From positions 1 to 64,000 of the IMG/VR virus record IMGVR_UViG_3300044922_000290: a DNA stretch of 64,000 bases; one strand, given 5' to 3'. The notes beneath the pieces were generated by a model, which saw only the letters and a list, made by a program, of their open reading frames with translations, was not told where the DNA came from and searched no databases. Below are positions 18,953 to 29,473 of this stretch, one piece after another. The stretch is from a virus. A program made the position numbers and the translations under genes. Every line of letters starts with the position of its first letter. Position 1 is the first letter of the stretch.

Positions 18953-19638
18953 ATTATTTCAGTATTATTATTCTGTTTAAGTATCTTGTTTATTTCTACA
19001 AAATGATTACACTCCCAAGTACCACCTGTGTAACTAGCAGATGACGGATGTTTTGCTTTAAGTATGTAATTAAACTTAGGGTTAATATACTTTTCATATT
19101 GTTGTGCCTTAGCTCCCCATAAACAATAGATTACTCCTGTATTATACTCACTTAATGCTTTTAATACTTCCACAGTAAAAGGTTTCCATAAAGATAGATG
19201 ACTTTCAGGTTTACCATCTTCTACAGTCAAGGCTGTATTTAAAAGTAGTACACCTTGCTTTGCCCAACACTCTAAATTAGGCTCTTTATGTAACATAAGC
19301 CCTTTATACATAGTTCTTTCTACAGCTCCATATATTTGTACAAGGCTTGGTTGCATTCTTTTACCTAATTCTTGTGCATAGCTACAACTAAATGCTAGAC
19401 CATCTGCTACATCCTTAGTGTAGTAAGGGTCTTGACCAAGTATACAAATCTTAACTTCATTAAAAGGAGTGCTTCTAAACGCTTTAAAAACATTATCTGA
19501 AGAAGGATAAATAGCAGCCTCCTTACGAGAAGCTGCTATTTTATTACCTAAATCTTTAAACTCTTTTGTTTCTATATAATGGTTTAATCTATTGTACCAA
19601 CTCTGCGTAAATGTCTGAATCAACCATTGTTTTTCCAT
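18946..19638 (-). CDS. ung: Uracil-DNA glycosylase, family 1
   Basis: ILGQDPY, GLAFS, GVLLLNTALTV, LWG and HPS motifs. Confidence 0.95.
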   Translation of the reverse strand: MEKQWLIQTFTQSWYNRLNHYIETKEFKDLGNKIAASRKEAAIYPSSDNVFKAFRSTPFNEVKICILGQDPYYTKDVADGLAFSCSYAQELGKRMQPSLVQIYGAVERTMYKGLMLHKEPNLECWAKQGVLLLNTALTVEDGKPESHLSLWKPFTVEVLKALSEYNTGVIYCLWGAKAQQYEKYINPKFNYILKAKHPSSASYTGGTWECNHFVEINKILKQNNNTEIIW

Positions 19639-20344
19639 CTTCTATCTCTATATAATCTTTTATAAATTTATGTAACTCTGTATGCTTCTTAATGTAATTA
19701 ACTGGTGAAGATTCTTTCAATGCAAATGTACCATAATTGTAGAACTCCCACAAAGAGTCTTTTGCACCATAATCAAATGTTGGTGTAATAATCTCATTAC
19801 GTACTGTTGCTACTTGATTTGGTAGAAGGATTTCTTTCTCTATGTAAAGCCTACCTAACAACTCAGCTTTTGTACGTAAATCTAAGGTTACTTGTTTAAA
19901 CAAATCTCTATCTTGCTTTAGTTGCTCAAACTCTTCTTGTACAGAATTGATAGCTTCACTAATCTTCAGAGTTAGTTCTGTTTGTACAGTACCCATATGT
20001 TTCCTTTTGTAAGAACTTAATGTACCTGAAATAGCACCATTACTACATACAAATACTCTAGCACCTGCTGCATAACCTACAGTCATAGATTTATCATAAC
20101 TATTAGTAAAAGCTAACATAATCTCCATTTCTGAATCTAAACTCTGTATACCATACTTAGCTATAATCCTTTGCCCATTACTAGATGTATTATACTGACG
20201 TGTAGTTACATATAAATTATTCTTATCTAATTCTTCCAAGGTAGTTTCTATAAGTTGTTTATGGCTTACAGGTACATACTTACCTTCTTTTGCTGGTAGT
20301 GGAATACTAATCAGCTCTAATTCTTGTTTATTAAAATTGTTCAT
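19589..20344 (-). CDS. DUF932-like phage protein
   Basis: FTNSYDKS...GARVFVCSNG...KRKH and SLWEFYN pattern. Confidence 0.7.
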   Translation of the reverse strand: MNNFNKQELELISIPLPAKEGKYVPVSHKQLIETTLEELDKNNLYVTTRQYNTSSNGQRIIAKYGIQSLDSEMEIMLAFTNSYDKSMTVGYAAGARVFVCSNGAISGTLSSYKRKHMGTVQTELTLKISEAINSVQEEFEQLKQDRDLFKQVTLDLRTKAELLGRLYIEKEILLPNQVATVRNEIITPTFDYGAKDSLWEFYNYGTFALKESSPVNYIKKHTELHKFIKDYIEIEDGKTMVDSDIYAELVQ

Positions 20345-20484
20345 CTTTTTCTCTATCTAATGTATATTTAAGAATTTTAATTTCATCTAAATGCTCAAGT
20401 AGGTATTCTACTACTTGTTCAGAGTTTTCCCTGAAGAAACTGCTGTCTTTGATTATCTCATTAACAGCAGTAATTAATTCTTCT

Positions 20485-21156
20485 TTACTCATTCTCAAAG
20501 TTTTTGTTTAATTCTATCTTTGTTTTCTTATACCTTACCTTTTCTAACTTATATACTTCATTTTCAGTTGGTAGTGAAAATAATTCCTGGTCACCCAAAT
20601 CAACCCTACTTAATGTTTTAGTAGATGTACTTCTGAAATACAATTCTTCAGTCCAGTTACTTAGATTATATTCTATAACTTCTTTAAGAGGTTCTAGCTT
20701 ATTAAGAACAGGAAATAGTAGATTACAGAAATCTATTCTATGATTCTCTTCTTTAACTATATATAATCCTCTCAAAGGGTCTTCATAACCTAATTCATAG
20801 CACCTAAGTACTTGCATTTTATAAGTATTACTGAATTGACTATACTTACCTTCTTTAAACAACTCATATTCTTCTTTGTAGTTTTCAGGAACAGAGAAAC
20901 AATATAATATATCATCTCCTGCATGAATATCTTTAACAAAGTTTCTTCTTTCCATAAGTCCTGCTTCAAGTTGTAAGAACTCTTTCTTAGGACTGTATTT
21001 ATAATGTAAAAAGAAATGGTTATTTAGTTCAGGTTCTATATCTACTCCAATATAAGTATTCTTGAATAGTTGACCACCAACACCTAGTCCAGATGCTTTT
21101 AAATGAAGTATAGGTAACAGAAAGAGGCAACTATGGTTGTAAGGGAATACCTTCAT
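20485..21156 (-). CDS. Conserved hypothetical phage protein
   Basis: 223-aa ORF in the replication operon with FKEGKYSQFS motif. Confidence 0.6.
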   Translation of the reverse strand: MKVFPYNHSCLFLLPILHLKASGLGVGGQLFKNTYIGVDIEPELNNHFFLHYKYSPKKEFLQLEAGLMERRNFVKDIHAGDDILYCFSVPENYKEEYELFKEGKYSQFSNTYKMQVLRCYELGYEDPLRGLYIVKEENHRIDFCNLLFPVLNKLEPLKEVIEYNLSNWTEELYFRSTSTKTLSRVDLGDQELFSLPTENEVYKLEKVRYKKTKIELNKNFENE

Positions 21157-21433
21157 ATATAGCTTTCATTTCTTTGTATATTGCTAAATCTTCATCAGTA
21201 AGACTATCTTCTGTTATTTTTACTACACGGTAATTTCTGTCCCAAGAATTAATATAGTTTTTGTACGTATTCTTAACACCATTTTTTTTAAAATCTTGTA
21301 AGGTATATTTACGTACTTCATAATATTGTACACTAACTCCTGTATTTTTATGATAAATAGAAGGAAATGTACAGTTTCTATAGGCTACAGCAATTAAATC
21401 TCCTGGTTTTAATTTATTTATTATGTTGCTCAT
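21131..21433 (-). CDS. Hypothetical protein
   Basis: ORF overlapping neighbours. Confidence 0.55.
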   Translation of the reverse strand: MSNIINKLKPGDLIAVAYRNCTFPSIYHKNTGVSVQYYEVRKYTLQDFKKNGVKNTYKNYINSWDRNYRVVKITEDSLTDEDLAIYKEMKAIYEGIPLQP

Positions 21434-22376
21434 ACAATTTAGTTTCTACAATACTACCTTCCAAAGGATAGTACCAATTATTAGTTTCTTCTCTTACTTT
21501 AGCTTCATTAGCTAAAGCTTCTACTCTTTGTTTTGCCACTACAAAGTCTTCTTTACTTACTTTCCATAACATAGGATATTCAGGGTAAGAAGCATTTACT
21601 ACAAGGAATTGAAAGTAGTCCATTGTATTAGTATTATAATGGTCTTCTTCTATACCTATACCTGTACCAAATAAAGCAGCTTGTATATCATAGTTAAACA
21701 TCTTTATGTTATTTTGAAAGTCCATAAGATTATTTGTAACCATCTTTAAATCAGTTACAATAGTTCTATCTCCTAAACTTACAAAGTCAGGACAGAACTT
21801 ACAACCACCAAGATATTCAGAATAATACATCTTTTGTTTATCATGCAATAATATGGAAGCAGTCATAGGATTATCCTTTAAGCATTGCAACACATACTGA
21901 GCTTTTTGATACTCTTGTGGTGTTATAATATCTTTCTCTTGACTTTCTAAAAGTACATCAAAGTATTCTCTTGCTTCTTTTTCAAACCTTTCTCTAATAA
22001 CAATTAAAGTATCTGATTTACGTCCAAATCCTACTTTGTTATAAGCATACTCTTCTGCTGTTTCTTCATACAATAAACCTGGATTTAAAGTTGCCTCTAA
22101 AAGGTTCTCACAATAACTCTGCATTTGAGGTTTAGGAATTTTATAAGATTTAATAATATACTGCTCCTCTACTTTATCAGGATTAGAAATAATTAAATCA
22201 ACTAAGCTCCCCATAATCATAGCTCTTGTCTTAGGAATAGAAACATGTTCTTTATCTACATACTTCTTCTTATACAACATTCTGTCTTTAGCAAAGAGAG
22301 AAAGCCTGGAATAACTCCAGGCATCCATCTCTCTAAACTCTTTTTGTTCTAATTCTCTAATCATTCCAAAAATCAT
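21414..22376 (-). CDS. PD-(D/E)XK nuclease, exonuclease VIII/RecE-like
   Basis: SYSRL start, KFCPDF...TDLK...YDIQAALF motifs. Confidence 0.75.
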   Translation of the reverse strand: MIFGMIRELEQKEFREMDAWSYSRLSLFAKDRMLYKKKYVDKEHVSIPKTRAMIMGSLVDLIISNPDKVEEQYIIKSYKIPKPQMQSYCENLLEATLNPGLLYEETAEEYAYNKVGFGRKSDTLIVIRERFEKEAREYFDVLLESQEKDIITPQEYQKAQYVLQCLKDNPMTASILLHDKQKMYYSEYLGGCKFCPDFVSLGDRTIVTDLKMVTNNLMDFQNNIKMFNYDIQAALFGTGIGIEEDHYNTNTMDYFQFLVVNASYPEYPMLWKVSKEDFVVAKQRVEALANEAKVREETNNWYYPLEGSIVETKLYEQHNK

Positions 22377-23280
22377 TTGAATCGTAAGCTAAATGCTTCA
22401 TTTGAATTTCTTCGTTTATTACTCCAATAACTTCATACTCACAAGCCCTACCTTTCATATTGTTATAATCTGAAGGGATTGCCACTACATCTCTTGGATT
22501 TACCTTAACCATAATTAGAGTATTACCACTATAAGTAGAAGCATAGCCCCATGAAGCAAAATGCAGACCATTGGAACAAGTTTGGTTTCTATTGTTATCT
22601 ACAGCTTGTCTAGGCATACTAACTATTTGACCAACACTATTATCCATAGTACCTGTATAGTTATCTACTAGTTTAAATTCTTTGTTAGAATTTTCCAACC
22701 AAGCTTTAAATCTTGCTTTTATTTCTCCACCAACAAATAAACCTTTTGCACCTCTACAGTTACCTGCTTTATCAAAGTATAACCCTGCAAATTCTTCAGG
22801 AACTTCTGCTGTATGGTCTACTTTATCTACTTTCTTGTAAGACACAAAACAACCATCACTAGTAATAGGAAGGCCATTATGCTCCAAGAATAAATAAAGC
22901 TCTTCAATAGCTCTAAATTCTGGATTTAGTTGACAATTTTCCCAGAACTTAATTAAAGCATCAATAGGCAATTCATCATCTAAGAAAGACATAATTCTCT
23001 TTTGCAGTACTTCAGGTAAAGGTCTTTCTATTCCTTTAACAAATAGTTTACCTAAATCTTCTACATATTCTATACGTCCATCTACTTTATGTGCTACACG
23101 TTTATATGGAGTTAAGGCAATCCATAATTCCTCTAAATTCTCTGCACTTTCTTCTTTTTGACATTCAGTCAATAATCTTATAATATAATTCCTATGGTCT
23201 TTAGATTTAATCTTTATTAACCTGGGAGCACCATTAATGTTAATGGTAATTGTTTGTTCACTTGCAATGTAACTAATCAT
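22357..23280 (-). CDS. rIIB: rIIB-like protein
   Basis: LPITSDGCFVSYKKV, MPRQAVDNNRNQTCSNGLH, VKVNPRDVVAIPSDYNNMKGRACEYEV. Confidence 0.9.
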   Translation of the reverse strand: MISYIASEQTITININGAPRLIKIKSKDHRNYIIRLLTECQKEESAENLEELWIALTPYKRVAHKVDGRIEYVEDLGKLFVKGIERPLPEVLQKRIMSFLDDELPIDALIKFWENCQLNPEFRAIEELYLFLEHNGLPITSDGCFVSYKKVDKVDHTAEVPEEFAGLYFDKAGNCRGAKGLFVGGEIKARFKAWLENSNKEFKLVDNYTGTMDNSVGQIVSMPRQAVDNNRNQTCSNGLHFASWGYASTYSGNTLIMVKVNPRDVVAIPSDYNNMKGRACEYEVIGVINEEIQMKHLAYDSNDFWND

Positions 23281-25390
23281 TGATTTCTTCTAGTTTTAGT
23301 TGATTTGTAGGTACTTCTTCTTTTAACTTACCTTTTTCCCGTAAATAATCTTTTACTAAAGGTAGTGATTCTGCTGTTAACTCTACATACTTAAATAACT
23401 CTGCACCTTTCATAAAGTTATTATAATGATAAACAAGATTAATATCTCTATTATACCAACCATTCTTAAGTCCTATGTCTTTAAGTTCGTCTAATAGTTC
23501 AAAATCACTTAATCTTGTAGTAGGAACATTCTCTAACTTACGCATTATATTAGCATAATAAGGATTCAAACTATTCATAAATCCATTATGTTTAACCCAT
23601 TGGCTCCTTATACCATTCTTATTGACAAACTCTCTTAAAACAGCTCTGGTGACTAATTCTCTTAATACTGGATGATCTTTCATAACATCTTTAATGTGTA
23701 TTGCTCTTCTCTGTGTAAAATGTTTTATGTTAGGGACTGAAATGATATAACCTTTGTATTGCTTATCTAATAATCCTCTACATAACTTAAGAAAAGCATC
23801 TAATCTTGGTTTATCCTCCTGGTTACCAACAAATACATAATCTGCAAAGTCTTTCTCAGTAAGTTTAACATCAGCTCTATTCCATATTAAATCATCATCA
23901 GACCAACGTGGATAATTAACTTCTACAGCAGGATATACACCATTCTGACGAACATTAGCTACTTTACCTAACTTCCTTTGTTCTTTACGCCAAGTAAGAA
24001 ACTCATCTCTCTTTTCACTTAGCTTAGGAAGAGCATCTACTTCTTTCATTACATCTTCACAGAAATACACAAGGTCAGAAACTAACTCTTGTTTAGGAGT
24101 TATAGCAGGTATATCTACCTTTATAGCTCTTGCATTCAGTCCTAACCATTCTTGCATTTCTTTATCCCATACACCATCTTCTTGGTATAATGTATAAAGA
24201 TTAGGTTCATAATGATGGCTGTAAAAGTTTGTAGAAGAAGTATAAGCTCTACGAGAACTAGTATTCCAGTAATTACTGTTTACTTTATTAACTATCTGTG
24301 CATAATAACCTTCTTCTATTAGCATAAAAGGTCTGTAGTTATTAAATACTACATCTTCAAAGTCAGACCATACAAAGATTTTACTATTATCATACTTATT
24401 AATCTGTACTTTAGGCTTGATCTGCTTTTCCAAAAGATTATTAAATTCTCTGAAAGTTGTACAGTTCTTGATAGATTCTACATAACCTTCTTTAAGCTTC
24501 TCTTTTACTTTGGCAAACTTAGCTTTTAATAACTCTATTGTTTTACCTGTATAGTCTAAATCTTCCCTTGATAAAGTAACTTTTACTTCTCCTATGTTAC
24601 ATTTAACTACAACACCATCTAAATTACGTAGATTACTAAATTCTTCTAACTGAGGATTACGTAAATCTATGTTGTAAAGTATTTTACCATTAAGTAAACG
24701 TAAATCTTCACTTCTGTTGGTAAGAATAAAATCATCATCTTCATATGTAACTTCTTTCTTTAAGTCTACTGATAGATTCTTAGTTTCTATGTTACAAAAT
24801 AGTAACTGATTAGTAATGGCTTGTTCAAATAAATACTTATCTCTTTGTTTTACAGGTATGATAATTTCAGTACCATTTCCCCTTTGCGTAGGTTGACTAA
24901 ACATCAGAGTAATACTACCTAAATCATCTTCATCTATATAACAATTATACTGATACTCTGTACCATCATAATACGTCTTTACATAGTAACTATCTGTATA
25001 AGAAAATGCTGATTTACTTCCTATACCGAAGCCACCTATTGAATTATTATCAGTTCTTTTAGTAGAACTAAGGTACTTACCAAATATATTGGTTACTCTA
25101 TCTTCACTTAAACCTATTCCGAAGTCTCTGATAATTAACTGAGTATCAATACCTAACAATTCTGAAGCATCAACCCATTCTATTTCTACAGGTTTATCTA
25201 CTCCATACTCTGTATGTGCATCAATGGCATTACTTACATATTCTCTAATGATGGTATACTCTTTATTCTGATACAGATTATCTCGTAACATCTTAAACAG
25301 AAGTCCAAAGTTATCTGAATCTATACTATATTTAATACTCTTTAATTCTTCTGATTTTATTACGTCCTTACTTTCTTTATCTATAATCAT
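23273..25390 (-). CDS. rIIA: rIIA-like protein with GHKL ATPase domain
   Basis: IREYVSNAIDA, IRDFGIGL, GGFGIGSKS and GNGTEI GHKL motifs; adjacent to rIIB. Confidence 0.88.
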   Translation of the reverse strand: MIIDKESKDVIKSEELKSIKYSIDSDNFGLLFKMLRDNLYQNKEYTIIREYVSNAIDAHTEYGVDKPVEIEWVDASELLGIDTQLIIRDFGIGLSEDRVTNIFGKYLSSTKRTDNNSIGGFGIGSKSAFSYTDSYYVKTYYDGTEYQYNCYIDEDDLGSITLMFSQPTQRGNGTEIIIPVKQRDKYLFEQAITNQLLFCNIETKNLSVDLKKEVTYEDDDFILTNRSEDLRLLNGKILYNIDLRNPQLEEFSNLRNLDGVVVKCNIGEVKVTLSREDLDYTGKTIELLKAKFAKVKEKLKEGYVESIKNCTTFREFNNLLEKQIKPKVQINKYDNSKIFVWSDFEDVVFNNYRPFMLIEEGYYAQIVNKVNSNYWNTSSRRAYTSSTNFYSHHYEPNLYTLYQEDGVWDKEMQEWLGLNARAIKVDIPAITPKQELVSDLVYFCEDVMKEVDALPKLSEKRDEFLTWRKEQRKLGKVANVRQNGVYPAVEVNYPRWSDDDLIWNRADVKLTEKDFADYVFVGNQEDKPRLDAFLKLCRGLLDKQYKGYIISVPNIKHFTQRRAIHIKDVMKDHPVLRELVTRAVLREFVNKNGIRSQWVKHNGFMNSLNPYYANIMRKLENVPTTRLSDFELLDELKDIGLKNGWYNRDINLVYHYNNFMKGAELFKYVELTAESLPLVKDYLREKGKLKEEVPTNQLKLEEIND

Positions 25391-25394
25391 AATT

Positions 25395-25664
25395 TTACTT
25401 TAAAGAATCTCCAAATTCATATTTTAAAACAGTAGAAACATACGTATGATATATGTATGCCCTTCTTTTATAACCATCTAAATCACTTGCCCAAACAGTT
25501 ATATCTTTTACCTCTTCAAAATCACAATCTGGCTTTAACTCATTCATTCTACTCTTTAAATAATCTGCTACATCTCTATAAGGAGCTGTAGCTAACATAT
25601 CTAGCACCTCATATCCATATGTAACCACAATAAGGTCTTTAAGCTCCTGTTTTATCTCTATCAT
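25395..25664 (-). CDS. Hypothetical protein
   Basis: ORF in operon. Confidence 0.55.
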   Translation of the reverse strand: MIEIKQELKDLIVVTYGYEVLDMLATAPYRDVADYLKSRMNELKPDCDFEEVKDITVWASDLDGYKRRAYIYHTYVSTVLKYEFGDSLK

Positions 25665-26102
25665 CTATTCTTTTCTATTATTAATCCCCTTGAAAAAACG
25701 TGCCATTATATTACCATTAAATGCATCTGTACTAAGTACATCATACTGCACCTGCACCACCATTTCTCTGTACGAGAGATGTTGTTTACTATGGCAAAAT
25801 TCTAGTATTTCTCTTTTAAACTCTTTTTCTTTACCTTCAGCAATCATAGCAGAAATTTCCTTGTTTGAACCAAAATATGTTTCCCAATTAGACTGCTTTA
25901 CAGTAGTTTTAAAGGTCTTTCTAGTCTTAGTAGCTACTTTCTCCTTCTTAGATATTTTAGTACGTCTCTTAGCTTGTAGAAGCTTTTTTCCTATGTATAT
26001 TCTAGAACTGGGTTTATGTGTAATTTTATAGATAAATCCACATGCCCATTCTGGAATATCTTCAGGAGTTATAGGCTTTCCATTATAATACCATTTACTC
26101 AT
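25665..26102 (-). CDS. GIY-YIG endonuclease (Seg-like)
   Basis: GFIYKIT...RIYIGKK, YFGS, REIL and FNGNI motifs. Confidence 0.85.
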   Translation of the reverse strand: MSKWYYNGKPITPEDIPEWACGFIYKITHKPSSRIYIGKKLLQAKRRTKISKKEKVATKTRKTFKTTVKQSNWETYFGSNKEISAMIAEGKEKEFKREILEFCHSKQHLSYREMVVQVQYDVLSTDAFNGNIMARFFKGINNRKE

Positions 26103-26522
26103 CTATTCAAAATTAAATTTAATTATATCAGAAGGTTTAGCATTACTCCACATCTCTATAAGCTTATTATACTCTTCTTCTATCTTCTTATCTTGCTTTT
26201 TCATTTGCTTAGTATAAGTATCTTCCCAATAGTTTTCAAAGGCTTGTACAAAATTTTCTTTGTTGTCTATAGCTTTTCTTATACTTCTAAAATCAATGTC
26301 AATTGGAAAAATTTGAACAGTATATGAAGAACCAATAAGGTAATTAATAGTAAAAGAAGAATAATAATCTACATCTTTAATATTTTCTATATAATATTGT
26401 TTACTTTCATATACAAAACCTATTTTACCTTTGTACCCTTTTAATCTATTAGTTTTATTTAATATACTTATAGAACTGACTAAAGATAAATCTATGTAGT
26501 CTTTATTTACTAATACTTTCAT
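26103..26522 (-). CDS. Hypothetical protein
   Basis: ORF in operon. Confidence 0.55.
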   Translation of the reverse strand: MKVLVNKDYIDLSLVSSISILNKTNRLKGYKGKIGFVYESKQYYIENIKDVDYYSSFTINYLIGSSYTVQIFPIDIDFRSIRKAIDNKENFVQAFENYWEDTYTKQMKKQDKKIEEEYNKLIEMWSNAKPSDIIKFNFE

Positions 26523-26523
26523 A

Positions 26524-26769
26524 CTACTGTATATTAGATTCTGGGTAAGCGCTTGTTACACTATGTACATCTACATAAGGTTCATTATGTGTCCAAGGGT
26601 ATTGATGAAATGCTTTAGCATTTTCAGCAGCAGCTTCAAGAGCCCTTTTAACATGAAGTTTAGCAAATTCTACAGCTCCTTCTGCTAAGTCAGGGTAAAC
26701 ATAATTAATACCTCTCGGTAAATAATCTTCCATAAATTCTGAAGCTGTTGGTATTTTATTTTCTTCCAT
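26524..26769 (-). CDS. Hypothetical phage protein
   Basis: EFAKLHVKRALEAAAE...SAYPESNI pattern. Confidence 0.55.
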   Translation of the reverse strand: MEENKIPTASEFMEDYLPRGINYVYPDLAEGAVEFAKLHVKRALEAAAENAKAFHQYPWTHNEPYVDVHSVTSAYPESNIQ

Positions 26770-27733
26770 TTATTAAGTTATTTATCATTTCAAATCCTTC
26801 TTCTTTGTATTTCTTTACTAAATCTGAAGGGTCTTTAGGTTCGCCTGTTTCATTGTGTATATAATCTATTTCATACTCCTCTGACTGTCTTTTGGCAAAC
26901 TTAATTCCCTCTTCATCATTATTCAAGTAAAGCAATACCTTAGTAAACCTTTGTTTTAGTTCTGTAATTACTTCATCTTTTATGTATGTATTCTCTGAAG
27001 GTGGAGCAATACTTACATATCCTAACTTACTTAATATTATTCTATCTTTCCTAGAGCTTGTTATTATCAGCAAATCACCTTTTTCTGGTAGTTTATTATA
27101 CCCATCAATACAACTGCTATTCCAATTCATACGCCACTTATTGTACTTAGTAGCCTTTGGTATATATATCTTCTTTTTATCATCAAAATAATAACAGTAA
27201 GCCACGTTATTATACTTAGGAAGATAGTTGTAGTATATGTACCCATCAATCAAACATTGTTGTATTGGCAGAGTATCTTCTAACTCTCCTATTGTAATTA
27301 AGTATTGACTCCAAAAATCTATATCCTGTTGTGTAAACTCACGAGTAGTTACTTCAATAGATACAGGTAATTTAGGAGCAGGAGAAATCCTTGTTCCAGT
27401 AATGATAGGTTCCTTTATCATTCTTAAAGGTGGTTCTCCTGCTAATCCTAAATTAAAATCAACATTAATTTGGGCTAAGGCTTGATAATAATTTAATCCT
27501 AATAATTTCATTACAAAGTTTACACAATCCATTTGTGGGCCATCTCCAAAATCCTTACATCTCAATCCACTTTGTGTATTTGTAATAACAAAACTAGGGT
27601 CTGTATCTCTTCTCCAAGGACTTCTATACTTTCTATCTAATACAAATCTACCAAAGTAATTCAAGAATATATCATATTCTGTTACTCTGCTAAATACATT
27701 CTCTCTTGTTAGTTCTTCCTTGAATATGAACAT
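26756..27733 (-). CDS. DNA primase (crAss-type TOPRIM)
   Basis: SPWRRDTDPSF...KDFG N-terminal domain, ITSSRKD, APPSE, LNNDEEG and KDPSD motifs. Confidence 0.85.
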   Translation of the reverse strand: MFIFKEELTRENVFSRVTEYDIFLNYFGRFVLDRKYRSPWRRDTDPSFVITNTQSGLRCKDFGDGPQMDCVNFVMKLLGLNYYQALAQINVDFNLGLAGEPPLRMIKEPIITGTRISPAPKLPVSIEVTTREFTQQDIDFWSQYLITIGELEDTLPIQQCLIDGYIYYNYLPKYNNVAYCYYFDDKKKIYIPKATKYNKWRMNWNSSCIDGYNKLPEKGDLLIITSSRKDRIILSKLGYVSIAPPSENTYIKDEVITELKQRFTKVLLYLNNDEEGIKFAKRQSEEYEIDYIHNETGEPKDPSDLVKKYKEEGFEMINNLINGRK

Positions 27734-27743
27734 TCTTTAAAAT

Positions 27744-27774
27744 AAAAAAGGGGTACAGATTTCTCCATACCCCT
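27744..27774 (-). terminator. Intrinsic terminator after the 27790-28341 gene
   Basis: Minus strand AGGGGTA...TACCCCT followed by a T run. Confidence 0.8.
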
Positions 27775-27789
27775 CTTGGGTTAAGTTAA

Positions 27790-28341
27790 TTAAAATGGTG
27801 ATACAGCATCTACAGGAGTAGCTGTTTCTTCTCCTTCTTTCTTAGGTTTGTAGTTATCAAATATTTCTTGAAGTTTATTAATTTCTTCAAGCTCTTTTGA
27901 TGACCAAGACAAACTTTCTTTTGTAGGCGAAGCAAATCCATAGTAAGGAATTTCTGGGTAAACTACCCCTTTATCTTCATTAAGAATGCCTTTAATACGC
28001 ATATAAGCTTTAGTTCCAGAAAGAGCAGTAATATACTTCATAAAAGTAGGCCCATCTACTTGTCCCGTTAAATCTACATCTAAAAAAGCTTTAATAAGCC
28101 CCTTTACACGAGCTAAAACTTTGTCTGTACTTGAAGCATCTTTACCTCGCAATACAAACCATTTTTGAAAATTACCTTCTTCTGAGGTAAACTTACAATG
28201 TAACTGTGGAGTACCTGTTGTACTTTCAGTTATTTCTGCTGACTCTAAGGTGAATAAAGCAATTGTACCTGGGCGAAGAGCTTTGTTTTTAGAACCTTCT
28301 GATTCTACTGCGTTTGTGAAATCTAAATTTAAATCTGTCAT
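27790..28341 (-). CDS. Putative ssDNA-binding protein (DUF669-like)
   Basis: Lies next to the AAA ATPase; acidic tail ending in PF; followed by a terminator. Confidence 0.5.
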   Translation of the reverse strand: MTDLNLDFTNAVESEGSKNKALRPGTIALFTLESAEITESTTGTPQLHCKFTSEEGNFQKWFVLRGKDASSTDKVLARVKGLIKAFLDVDLTGQVDGPTFMKYITALSGTKAYMRIKGILNEDKGVVYPEIPYYGFASPTKESLSWSSKELEEINKLQEIFDNYKPKKEGEETATPVDAVSPF

Positions 28342-28343
28342 TG

Positions 28344-28550
28344 TTATTTGTTTTTAATTGTTTTGTTATATTTAAAAAATTCTATTCTTGTGTAAGAACT
28401 GTTCTTAATAATTGTTAATAATGATATTGGCTCTTCTTTTGAAGCTATATCTAATTCTAATAGATTAAAGTTAAACTTATAAGCTGTTAAAACTATTGAT
28501 ATAATACAAAATTGCCATCTACTAGTACCAAATCTTAGTGTTAATCCCAT
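28344..28550 (-). CDS. Hypothetical protein
   Basis: ORF filling the gap exactly. Confidence 0.45.
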   Translation of the reverse strand: MGLTLRFGTSRWQFCIISIVLTAYKFNFNLLELDIASKEEPISLLTIIKNSSYTRIEFFKYNKTIKNK

Positions 28551-29254
28551 TATTCATTGTAGTATTTATAGATTGTTTCTTTTACATACCCTAAATCATT
28601 AGGAATGTATTTATCTGCAAACATACCTACAGGTGATTTACAGGTGCTTTCTCCATCTGTTTGAGTCATAAACTGATACTTCATTTTACCTGTCTTAAAA
28701 TCTTCTAAAATAGGTCGTGCATAAAGTATTGTAGTAAATAAACCATCTAAATATATGGAATTGTCAATTAGCTTGCCGCTTGTCTTAATCTTTAATTTAC
28801 CATCTTCACCCTTCTCTTGGTGAAACAGGCAAAATACATCTACATTTTCAGGCAACTTACGTAGTTTATCTACTATCTTCCACATTTTTTGTGCTACTTC
28901 CGTAAATTTCTCGTAACCTTTGTCTTTAGCCTTAGCCATCATATCAAAAGCCATAAGATAATTTCCGTCATCAATCACATAATTTACTATATCTTTACGA
29001 TTTGTAGAGCAGTAGTCTATTAGTTTAAGGATTTCATCCATATTATCCCCTTGATAATAATTACCTCCTTCAGATATTTTCTTATCTTTTGGATACATTT
29101 TGTTAGCTCCTCTTGCAGGAATAGGTTTTGCTGATACATTGATATAAAGTGTTTCGGCAGGATTTAATCCTATTATTCCTATATCTGCGTTAGGAAAAAT
29201 ACTTGTTGATTTTCCGTCACCTGATGAACCCACTATACCTATTAAATTTGCCAT
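28550..29254 (-). CDS. AAA_24/Sak4-like ATPase
   Basis: Walker A GSSGDGKST, Walker B YVIDD, KIKTSGK and CKSPVGMF. Confidence 0.85.
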   Translation of the reverse strand: MANLIGIVGSSGDGKSTSIFPNADIGIIGLNPAETLYINVSAKPIPARGANKMYPKDKKISEGGNYYQGDNMDEILKLIDYCSTNRKDIVNYVIDDGNYLMAFDMMAKAKDKGYEKFTEVAQKMWKIVDKLRKLPENVDVFCLFHQEKGEDGKLKIKTSGKLIDNSIYLDGLFTTILYARPILEDFKTGKMKYQFMTQTDGESTCKSPVGMFADKYIPNDLGYVKETIYKYYNE

Positions 29255-29473
29255 GTTTTTAATTTATCTTTTTCATATTTTAATGTTAATACTTTTACTT
29301 TAAATTTATCTAAACTATTTTTAAAATCATTATATGACCTTATGTCATAGTAATAATCATCTTGGCTTTTAAGTCTTTGTAAAGATTTTTTATATTCTAT
29401 ATACTCTCTAAGCTTTTGACAATAATTACAACCACAAAAGGAATTATGATTTTTAAGTTGGTGGTTAAATAAA

